DNA of 63,732 bases, from positions 1 through 63,732 of IMG/VR virus record IMGVR_UViG_3300031454_000243. The stretch is one strand, 5' to 3'. Within the stretch, counting starts at the first letter, position 1. Each line of letters opens with the position of its first letter. The stretch is from a virus (lineage: Duplodnaviria; Caudoviricetes). The position numbers and the translations under genes were made by a program. A model generated the notes under the pieces. The model did not search any database. It was not told the DNA's origin and saw only the letters and a list, made by a program, of their open reading frames with translations. Of the stretch, positions 1 to 7,352 are shown one piece after another.

Positions 1-447
1 ATGCTGCCGAAGGCCCAGCGCCGGTGGGAGCGGGTCCAGCGCTGGGCCGAAACGAAGATCGTGATCGAGAACACCATCCCGGGGGACGAGGGCTTCCCCG
101 TTCTGACCGAGGAACAATTGGACGAGATGCTAGCCGAGCCGATTGTCAGCTATGACCCGGCCGCCGTGGACAAGCTGCTGGACGAGATCGCCCGGCTTCA
201 GGGGGACGGCAAGGATGGGCCCGACATGATGGCGATCTTCTGGGACAACTACGAAGCATCCGAGGCTGCGAGCGAAGCCGATGACAACGCTTTCGAGCGC
301 GACCTGATGGCGCGACTGCCACACTTTCACGAATGGCCTCTGAGAGAGCGGGAACGGGCGATCCGGGCCGGCCAGATTCCGGACGAACCGGTGGACGATG
401 AGGACGATGAAGAGCTGCCGGAGCGTTATGACGACCTGGCTTCTTGA
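1..447 (+). CDS. Acidic hypothetical protein
   Basis: 148-aa D/E-rich ORF at the start of the plus-strand gene run. Confidence 0.6.
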   Translation: MLPKAQRRWERVQRWAETKIVIENTIPGDEGFPVLTEEQLDEMLAEPIVSYDPAAVDKLLDEIARLQGDGKDGPDMMAIFWDNYEASEAASEADDNAFERDLMARLPHFHEWPLRERERAIRAGQIPDEPVDDEDDEELPERYDDLAS

Positions 448-463
448 GACAGGAGAGACGACG

Positions 464-766
464 ATGGAGACAGAGAATCCGATACTGCATATTATCCGGA
501 ACCAGTACATCCTGAACTCGTCCGATGCTGCTGTCGTTCCGCCAGAGCTCATCGCCCATCTCGACCAGATGGAGGCCAGCGGGAATCGTCTTGACGACCT
601 GCTTGCCCGGTACGAGTCCGAGAAGCAACAGATGATCCGGTACAACCAGCGGGTCGAGCTCAGCAATCGCCGGGCAATGTTCCACAAGACGATCCGCACA
701 TCGGTCATGGTTGTCGCGGCAATCGCTATCGGCATCGAGATCATCGTTCTGCTGGTAATCACGTAA
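464..766 (+). CDS. Hypothetical protein with C-terminal TM helix
   Basis: AGGAG RBS before ATG 464; hydrophobic C-terminus VMVVAAIAIGIEIIVLLVI. Confidence 0.6.
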   Translation: METENPILHIIRNQYILNSSDAAVVPPELIAHLDQMEASGNRLDDLLARYESEKQQMIRYNQRVELSNRRAMFHKTIRTSVMVVAAIAIGIEIIVLLVIT

Positions 767-783
767 TGGAGGCCGACCCAACG

Positions 784-978
784 ATGACCCATCCCATCCC
801 CCTTGACGACCTCGACACCAGTGACGCGGAACTCGCGGCCCTCGATGCACTCCTGGCGCAGGGCGACGACGCGGACGCCAGCAGCTTCAGCGCATGGTTC
901 CTGAGTGCCAGTCCGGTGGATTTCAGGACATGGTTGTCTGCACTGCCGGATGACGACGATGTCAAGGAGGCCGCGTAG
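784..978 (+). CDS. Small acidic hypothetical protein
   Basis: GGAGG RBS; ends EAA* coupled to the next GTG. Confidence 0.55.
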   Translation: MTHPIPLDDLDTSDAELAALDALLAQGDDADASSFSAWFLSASPVDFRTWLSALPDDDDVKEAA

Positions 979-1208
979 TGGACATTGACCACACCGACCC
1001 GACGCCGTGGCATCCGCTGCTCCAGGCGCTCTACGATGCCGACAACGCCTACCACAACGCGAGCGAAGCCTATCGCGATTACGCAGGCGATCACCCGTCT
1101 GATGAAGGCCGGGCACTGTGGTCCGTGCGAGGCGAGGCAGCCGCTACAGCACTCCGCGCCTACGATGTGCTGGCTACCGGGATCACCGACTGGGAGTGTG
1201 CCGCATGA
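978..1208 (+). CDS. Hypothetical protein
   Basis: AAGGAGG RBS; overlapping start/stop on both sides. Confidence 0.55.
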   Translation: MDIDHTDPTPWHPLLQALYDADNAYHNASEAYRDYAGDHPSDEGRALWSVRGEAAATALRAYDVLATGITDWECAA

Positions 1209-2263
1209 CGCTACACGATGACCTTGCGCCGCTGGTGGCTGATCGCTTCGTGACCCGCCAGAAGCACCCGCAGTACGACCTTTGGCTCTACAACTACACC
1301 CAGAAGACGCAGTTCGAGAAGCACTGGACGCCGCTGACCCTGATGTGCCGAGGGTTGATCCTCGACGCGGACGGCACCATCGTCGCCAATCCGCTCCCGA
1401 AGTTCTTCAACCTCTCCGAGATGCCACCGGGCTGGCAGCCGTCGGCGCCGCTCGTTGCCATCCAAAACAAGATGGACGGGTCGCTCGGCATCCTCTACTG
1501 GACGCCAGATGGCCAGCCGAGTATCGCGACCCGTGGTTCGTTCGTGAGCCCGCAGGCACAGCACGCCACCCGCGTCTTCCGGGAGCGATACGCCGACCTG
1601 CCGTGGGAACGGGACAAGACCTATCTATTCGAGATCATCTACCCCGGCAACCGGATCGTCGTCGACTACGGAGATCAGGATGACCTTGTGCTGCTGGCCG
1701 TCCGGGACACCGCCACCGGCACGGAGCATGAGCTGCCGGCCCGGTTCCCGAACCGGGTTGCCCAAGTCCGTGGCGGCGATCTTGACACGGCGATGCGGCA
1801 CCTCTCTGAACTGCCCAGCAACACCGAGGGCGTGGTCCTGGTGTTCGCGGATGGCAGCCGGCTCAAGATGAAGACCGACGAGTACGTGCGACTTCATCGC
1901 CTGCTGACCGGTGTGACGCCACGGCGCATCTGGGACCTGCTGTCAACCGGCGTCGGTATCACCGAACTGCTCGAACATGTCCCCGAAGAGTTCGCGGAGT
2001 GGGTCAGCTCGCGAGCTGTCGTCATGACCCAGCACTACAACCGAATCTCCTTTGTCGCCTCTGTCCAGGCGGTTCACCTTCGGAACACCTACGGCGATGA
2101 CCGTGGCGCCATCGCCCGGGCGATCACGGACCATTCCCTTCGGTCGCTGATCTTCCTGATCCTCGACGGCAAGGACATTGATCAACCGGTCTGGCGAATG
2201 ATCCGGCCCGATCACAGCGTCCCGTACGCGGCCGATCCCGACGAACAGCAGGAGGCCGCATGA
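1205..2263 (+). CDS. T4 Rnl1 (RnlA)-family RNA ligase
   Basis: LYNYT...CRGLILD...PLPKFFN, motif I KMDGSL, ATRGSF, FEII, EGVV, RLKMK; ATGA overlap start at 1205. Confidence 0.9.
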   Translation: MTLHDDLAPLVADRFVTRQKHPQYDLWLYNYTQKTQFEKHWTPLTLMCRGLILDADGTIVANPLPKFFNLSEMPPGWQPSAPLVAIQNKMDGSLGILYWTPDGQPSIATRGSFVSPQAQHATRVFRERYADLPWERDKTYLFEIIYPGNRIVVDYGDQDDLVLLAVRDTATGTEHELPARFPNRVAQVRGGDLDTAMRHLSELPSNTEGVVLVFADGSRLKMKTDEYVRLHRLLTGVTPRRIWDLLSTGVGITELLEHVPEEFAEWVSSRAVVMTQHYNRISFVASVQAVHLRNTYGDDRGAIARAITDHSLRSLIFLILDGKDIDQPVWRMIRPDHSVPYAADPDEQQEAA

Positions 2264-2472
2264 ACCGACAGACCGCCATGACGCTGATCCATCACACCAT
2301 GGCCGCCTGCCTCGATCGGGTGCCGGAATCGGCTATCGTTGACCAGGAGACCGTGCGGGTCGAGATCCGCATCCTGGACACGACGCCGGGCCGCTCCGTC
2401 GCCGTCGCGGTGCCGGTCGTCGCGCTAAGCACGTCGTTCCGGCTGGTGCCGGTGGGAAAGGATGCCGCATGA
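2260..2472 (+). CDS. Hypothetical protein
   Basis: ATGA-coupled, GGAGG RBS. Confidence 0.55.
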   Translation: MNRQTAMTLIHHTMAACLDRVPESAIVDQETVRVEIRILDTTPGRSVAVAVPVVALSTSFRLVPVGKDAA

Positions 2473-2687
2473 TGCGCGACGGACGCATGGAGGCGGCGGC
2501 GCGGGCCATGTGGGACACGGAGCTAGGCCGCCTGGCGCGTCAGGAGGCCGCTGATGCTACGTTCGACAGTGCCCCGGCGTATTGGCAGGACCGGTTCCTC
2601 GACGCCGCCCGTGCCGCCTTGTACGCGGCCGATCACTGGGAGCGGGAGGTGCGCATGGTGATCGAGACGACGCAGCGGCAGGGATGA
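2469..2687 (+). CDS. Hypothetical protein
   Basis: ATGA-coupled; EAAARAMW...AARAAL pattern common in small phage genes. Confidence 0.6.
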   Translation: MMRDGRMEAAARAMWDTELGRLARQEAADATFDSAPAYWQDRFLDAARAALYAADHWEREVRMVIETTQRQG

Positions 2688-3052
2688 CCGAACTGCGGAT
2701 ACTAAAACCCGGTATGCCGATCCTCCTTGAACCATCGGTCGATGATCCAACGCCCACGTTCTATGACTTCACTGATGAGGACGGCGAGCGATACGGGCAG
2801 GTGGAGTGGCGCCGTTTCCTTCGTGACTCACCGGCCATCTGCGCCCGTTGTCAGGTTCGTCATCCCATCGAGGAAGTAACCGTCTATTGCTCAAAGGATG
2901 ACGCGACTGAGGTATACGAAGGCACCGACGAATGCCCCTACGATATGGCCGGGATGGCCCAGTGGCGTGCTGCTCGATGGCACGCTCCCCGTGACGAACG
3001 ATCGGATACCGTGCTCCACTTCACCACCACGGAGACCCACGATGCCCAGTAG
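2684..3052 (+). CDS. Hypothetical protein with CxxC motif
   Basis: ATGA-coupled start MTELRILKPG; CARC...C...C. Confidence 0.55.
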   Translation: MTELRILKPGMPILLEPSVDDPTPTFYDFTDEDGERYGQVEWRRFLRDSPAICARCQVRHPIEEVTVYCSKDDATEVYEGTDECPYDMAGMAQWRAARWHAPRDERSDTVLHFTTTETHDAQ

Positions 3053-3281
3053 GCGTTATCCCCGGATGATGTTTCACGCATCCATCCCGAAGGATCAGCA
3101 CGAGCGGCTGGCCGAACAGCAGGCGGTACGACTCCGGGCGATGGGCATCGACCCCATGACGATGCAGCCGTTCGTGCCGGACGCCGGGCTGCCCAGCGCG
3201 TCGGTGTTCGACCGGGACGGCAACCGGATCGGCGCCGTCAACGAGGACGGCATCATCGACGTGCAGCCGGTCAAGGATTGA
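3042..3281 (+). CDS. Hypothetical protein
   Basis: GGAG RBS, start MPSRRYP; last gene before the terminator. Confidence 0.5.
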   Translation: MPSRRYPRMMFHASIPKDQHERLAEQQAVRLRAMGIDPMTMQPFVPDAGLPSASVFDRDGNRIGAVNEDGIIDVQPVKD

Positions 3282-3291
3282 CGACATGACG

Positions 3292-3328
3292 ACAGCCCTG
3301 GCGAATTGCTCGCCAGGGCTGTTCTGTT
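3292..3328. terminator. Intrinsic terminator between convergent operons
   Basis: 13-bp stem ACAGCCCTGGCGA-attgc-TCGCCAGGGCTGT followed by TCTGTT. Confidence 0.8.
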
Positions 3329-3353
3329 GCGCTCAGTGTAGCCGGTCAGACGA

Positions 3354-3647
3354 CTACGCGGCCTGGTCTGGCGCAACGATGACAGGGACAGCCGCGCCGG
3401 CATCTTCCCGCCCGGCGATATAACCCGAAGTCTCGGCTTGATTGACCGCCTTGTCCTTGGAGGTAGGCGACCAGACGAAGTTCCGACCGACGATCACGGT
3501 GATGATCGGGCCGATGATCGTCACGGCGCTCAGGATCGCCTGGGTCTGCTGGTCCGTGATGTTGACGTTGAACGCAGCCAGCAGCGCGATGATGGCGCCG
3601 ATCGAAGCCGAAATGGCGCCGATCGTAATGAGCGGTTCAGTCTTCAT
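3354..3647 (-). CDS. Holin (2 TM)
   Basis: Two hydrophobic helices separated by ITDQQ, R..V.SP tail; directly after the endolysin. Confidence 0.8.
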   Translation of the reverse strand: MKTEPLITIGAISASIGAIIALLAAFNVNITDQQTQAILSAVTIIGPIITVIVGRNFVWSPTSKDKAVNQAETSGYIAGREDAGAAVPVIVAPDQAA

Positions 3648-3712
3648 GGTGAACGCTTCCTTTCAGTGATGTGGTGGGTGGAGAACGAAACGGGACGTTT
3701 GTTTACAGCGGG

Positions 3713-4714
3713 TCAGGCGGCCAGGGGTTCGTCGCTGATGCGCTCGCAGTCGGCAAGATCAATCCGTGACCCGTACGGACTCAGTCCCCAATCTTTGCCC
3801 GCCTTGTCGGTCAGCACGTAGGCGATGTTGAAATCGGCTCCGGCTGGAATGTCCGGGCCGATGCGAGCGGCGGCCCGATCTGCGTACTGGAGTCGTGGCG
3901 TTGCCCGCGTGGTCCGGTACTGATCCGTAACCATCACGGCACGGGATCCCCCCAGATCGGCCACTGGCTTTGCCGCCTCGTCGGTTAGGAACGCCGGGAT
4001 ATTGGGAACTGCGTAGATGGTGGATGGCGTCACGGGAGTAACGGGCTTCGGGACGGGGGCGGCGATAACCTGTCCTGCTTCGGCTGCCCGGAGCAGCGTC
4101 TTGACGCGATTGATCATCTCCCCATTGATGAAGTCCCAGACGACCGTTCCCGAACACGATTTATAAATTTCGCCGCAGAACTCACGGTGCGCGTAGATGA
4201 CCGTCAGGCCGGTCTTGGAAGAGACCGGGAAGCTGTCCGACGTGCAGCCCAGTTGCTGCGCTCGTGCCGCCGTCCACTGGACCAGGCCGGCCTTGCACGC
4301 CTCGCTGATCGGCGTGTCGTAGTTCCCGCTGACCTCGACACTTTCGAGGTCCGTGTTGATGACGGATGCTCCGTAGGTCCCACCGAACTTCGCGACGAAC
4401 GCCCTGGCATCGTCGGACGCAACACCGCTCTGATACGGGCCATTCGCCCAGCCAGCCATATCCCGGTTGGTCCCCGTAATCTCGTTGATGCGAATCCAGG
4501 CACCCGACCGATGGTCGATGACCAGGTCGGTCAGACCTTGCACGTCGGAGCGTTTCAGCCAGTCGGCCACCCCCTGCGCCCCGCCGTCACCCGACAGGGC
4601 GCGGTGGAACACGATGCCCCGAAGCGTTCGGGGGCCGAGCAGATCCATCCCAATGCCTGGCCTTTTCCCAGTAGCGATTTGACGAGACATAGTCGGTAGC
4701 GTGAGCATGGTCAT
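3713..4714 (-). CDS. N-acetylmuramoyl-L-alanine amidase endolysin with C-terminal binding domain
   Basis: GIVFH, SVEVSG, AHREF...SC Zn-amidase motifs; P-rich linker; AGGAGG RBS before ATG 4714. Confidence 0.8.
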   Translation of the reverse strand: MTMLTLPTMSRQIATGKRPGIGMDLLGPRTLRGIVFHRALSGDGGAQGVADWLKRSDVQGLTDLVIDHRSGAWIRINEITGTNRDMAGWANGPYQSGVASDDARAFVAKFGGTYGASVINTDLESVEVSGNYDTPISEACKAGLVQWTAARAQQLGCTSDSFPVSSKTGLTVIYAHREFCGEIYKSCSGTVVWDFINGEMINRVKTLLRAAEAGQVIAAPVPKPVTPVTPSTIYAVPNIPAFLTDEAAKPVADLGGSRAVMVTDQYRTTRATPRLQYADRAAARIGPDIPAGADFNIAYVLTDKAGKDWGLSPYGSRIDLADCERISDEPLAA

Positions 4715-5103
4715 GTTGGTCCTCCTGTCACGATGAGATGCCCGTAGTCGTCGGTGCGAGTGGCCAGCCCGGCGGTGATGAGCTCGGTGGCGATGTCGGT
4801 CAGGGTGCCGTCGTCCTCGGCCAGCAGGACGACGGCGACATAGCGGGTGAACGACCGGCGGTCCCGGAAGGTCTGGATGTAGACGGTCTGCCCGAGCGCC
4901 CGGTCGGTCATCCACGCCTTCGCCGCCAGCCCCGCCGCCCGGCCAGCGCCGACGACCTCCGGCGTGTTGATCCCGGCTAGTCGCAGCGTGACCTCGTGGT
5001 AGACGTCGAGCCCACACGACACCATGACGCTGATCGTGTCGCCGTCGATCACCCGCGACACCTTGCCGCGGTAGCGGTACAACGGATAGTCACCAGCGTT
5101 CAT
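4711..5103 (-). CDS. Thermonuclease (SNase-like)
   Basis: RVIDGDT, LRLAGINTPE, F.RYVA motifs; ATGA-coupled start MNAGDY. Confidence 0.88.
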   Translation of the reverse strand: MNAGDYPLYRYRGKVSRVIDGDTISVMVSCGLDVYHEVTLRLAGINTPEVVGAGRAAGLAAKAWMTDRALGQTVYIQTFRDRRSFTRYVAVVLLAEDDGTLTDIATELITAGLATRTDDYGHLIVTGGPT

Positions 5104-5828
5104 GGCGTCGCTCCGGTCCGGTCCATCAGGACGACGGCCTCGCCTGGGGACTCCAGGCCCGCCAGCAGGGTCTCCAGCGTCTTGTAGCCCAGCCACACCA
5201 GGGGGTAGCCCGCTCCCCAGGTGTTCACCAGCTTGACGGCCTGTCTGCGGTCGCTGGCGCCGTAGATCGTGATGGCGTGCCCGCCCACGATCCGGTCGGC
5301 CAGCGCCGTCCCGATCCAGTAGTCCCGCCCGATCTGGACCGGCTCGTAGAACGACTCCAGCCACTCGATCCCCAGCGTAACCGGCTGGCCACCCGCTATG
5401 GCCGTCCTGATCTCGTCGACCGTCCTCGCCCACCGAAAGGCGCTGATGCCGTGCTCGGGGCGCTCGGGTTGGGTGCCCCGGTAGATGCGCCGATGCCCCA
5501 GGTCCAACAGCGCCTGGCAGCCCGCTCGCAGGCTGGTGCCGGAGTAGTCCTCTCCGGGCCACTCGTCGGTCCTGCGGGCCGTCTCGTACAGCCATTGGGC
5601 GTCGTAGAACTGCCGGTTGTTGATCGACGTCACCCAGCTCAGGCTGAACCCGACGCAGGCGCCCTCGCGCCCCTGGTCGTACTTCGCCCGGTAGCCGTAG
5701 GGCAGCGGAAGCGTCTGCTCGACGCGGTCCACCGTGCTCCGCTGAACCGCTCGTAGCCCGTACTTCAGCAGATGCGCGTCGTCTCCTGGGGGGAGCGGGC
5801 GCCGTCCAAGCCTCTGGTCATTCGTCAT
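5100..5828 (-). CDS. Papain-like (C1) cysteine peptidase
   Basis: DQGREGACVGFS (Q/C), GGHAI (H), VNTWG (N) catalytic motifs. Confidence 0.88.
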   Translation of the reverse strand: MTNDQRLGRRPLPPGDDAHLLKYGLRAVQRSTVDRVEQTLPLPYGYRAKYDQGREGACVGFSLSWVTSINNRQFYDAQWLYETARRTDEWPGEDYSGTSLRAGCQALLDLGHRRIYRGTQPERPEHGISAFRWARTVDEIRTAIAGGQPVTLGIEWLESFYEPVQIGRDYWIGTALADRIVGGHAITIYGASDRRQAVKLVNTWGAGYPLVWLGYKTLETLLAGLESPGEAVVLMDRTGATP

Positions 5829-5867
5829 GGCATGTCCTTCTGGTGTGAGCCGGGGCAGGCTCGACGG

Positions 5868-6092
5868 TTAGATGGCCGGGGAGGGCGTTCCGGGGTCGGT
5901 CACGGCCGGCTCGTCGGGCGCGTCGGTCTCGGCGGCGTCCTCGACCGGACGGTAGCCCTGCTCTTTCAGCGTTTCATGAAACGTGTTCATGGTGCCGGTG
6001 ACGGTGAGGCCGGTATCGTTGACGAAGGTGCGGATCTTGTTCTGGCCCGGTGCGCTCTCACGTCCGTGGCCGGTCTTGTCGCCCTTTGGCAT
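5868..6092 (-). CDS. Small hypothetical protein
   Basis: GAGG RBS, start MPKGDKTG; lies between repeat/hairpin elements. Confidence 0.55.
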   Translation of the reverse strand: MPKGDKTGHGRESAPGQNKIRTFVNDTGLTVTGTMNTFHETLKEQGYRPVEDAAETDAPDEPAVTDPGTPSPAI

Positions 6093-6115
6093 GTCATGGT
6101 CCTCTTTCTCTGATT

Positions 6116-6176
6116 GCCTGCCCCGGCGCTCCCGACCGGTCCCCGAAAGGCTGCTGTCGGGAGCGCCGGGGCAGGC
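6116..6176 (-). promoter_or_regulatory. Long RNA hairpin in the lysis operon
   Basis: 21-bp perfect inverted repeat GCCTGCCCCGGCGCTCCCGAC with a 19-nt loop; no U-tract. Confidence 0.7.
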
Positions 6177-6184
6177 GGATGCGT

Positions 6185-6823
6185 TCATGTCAGCGACCCG
6201 TCGTCTTCGTGGTCGTACTCGTCGGGCTCGGCGTTGATGTGTGCCACCAGATCCCGGACTTCCAGCAATGTCGCTTGCTTGGCCGCGTCGCTCAGCAGGA
6301 CCCGTTGCCGTTCGTCCGAATGCGCCAGTGCTTCTGCCGCAGCCTCCCGTACCGCGTTCTCTGCCGCCTCCTTGACCGCAGCCAGTTGGTCGCTGATGCG
6401 CTTGAGGTCCTCTCGTTCCTTTTGCTCGGCTTCGGCCTTGACCCGAAATGAATCCCAGCGACCCCGGATCATCCCGCTCACGAAGAACAGCGCCCCGATG
6501 ACCAGCAGGGCAATCGCGGGGATGAGTTCGACGGCATCCGGGGTCAGGCTTCCCCTCGCATCGCGTGGCCCAAACAACGCGTAGGTCCACAGGACCGCAT
6601 TCCCCGTGAAGTACCCGAGCAGGCCCGCGCTAACGGTCGTCCACTCATCCGTCTGGAGCAAAAGCGAGAGCGCGGCGGCGGTCGAGGCAGCCGCGATCAC
6701 GATGATGAGTGACGGGTCGACCCACGCGACGTTATTGAAATCAGTCAGGAGGTATAGACCGCCGACCGTCGTCAGCATCAACGTGATCATCAGGAACAGC
6801 GGGTGTCGCAGAACAGTCATCAT
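6185..6823 (-). CDS. Multi-TM membrane protein with C-terminal coiled coil
   Basis: About four hydrophobic segments followed by an E/K/A-rich helix. Confidence 0.7.
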   Translation of the reverse strand: MMTVLRHPLFLMITLMLTTVGGLYLLTDFNNVAWVDPSLIIVIAAASTAAALSLLLQTDEWTTVSAGLLGYFTGNAVLWTYALFGPRDARGSLTPDAVELIPAIALLVIGALFFVSGMIRGRWDSFRVKAEAEQKEREDLKRISDQLAAVKEAAENAVREAAAEALAHSDERQRVLLSDAAKQATLLEVRDLVAHINAEPDEYDHEDDGSLT

Positions 6824-7020
6824 TCCGGCCTCCGGTGGGGTGGTTGTCCGCGCACGGCGCGCTCAATCGGGCTGACCGCCCGCTCCCGTACCTGTTCCAG
6901 CAGTGCTTCCGCGTCCTGCTTGTTCTCATTGCGCCTGAGCCAATCGGGATCGGCGTGACTGTCGTATCGCTTCGCGCCAACCCCCTCAGCCCATTCGATC
7001 AGTCGCGCCACGATGTTCAT
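6820..7020 (-). CDS. Small hypothetical protein
   Basis: ATGA-coupled at both ends, start MNIVARL. Confidence 0.55.
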   Translation of the reverse strand: MNIVARLIEWAEGVGAKRYDSHADPDWLRRNENKQDAEALLEQVRERAVSPIERAVRGQPPHRRPE

Positions 7021-7328
7021 GGATTCTGCCCTCCGATCACTCGCCGCAGGTCCGCGATGATCCGGTCGCGTTCCTCGACGGTCCGGTTGAGATCGGTGAT
7101 GCTCTGGTTCCGGCGGACGACCGTATCGTTGAGTTCCTCCACCTCGACGTTGAGCTTCTTCGCCGCCAGCTTCCAGCCATCGGTCGCCTCGTCGGAGACG
7201 GTGGTCCGCTCCGCGCTCCGCTTCCTCGTCATGCCTCTGGTCGTCAGCCACTTCCAGACGGCGGCCACCGCGCTGGAGAGCGCGATGATCAGGGCAGGAA
7301 TCGTGACGATCAGTACTCCATCCGACAC
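7017..7328 (-). CDS. TM plus coiled-coil lysis-region protein
   Basis: N-terminal TM helix, then heptad-like coiled coil. Confidence 0.65.
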   Translation of the reverse strand: MSDGVLIVTIPALIIALSSAVAAVWKWLTTRGMTRKRSAERTTVSDEATDGWKLAAKKLNVEVEELNDTVVRRNQSITDLNRTVEERDRIIADLRRVIGGQNP

Positions 7329-7352
7329 GGTTCATCCCTTCCCATCCGATCA

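Noticed and set aside
3713-5595. Long N-terminal extensions in the ORF track (3713-5017, 4711-5595; also 1118, 13848, 62491 starts)
   Set aside because: They overlap neighbouring real genes; downstream starts with an RBS or ATGA coupling were used instead
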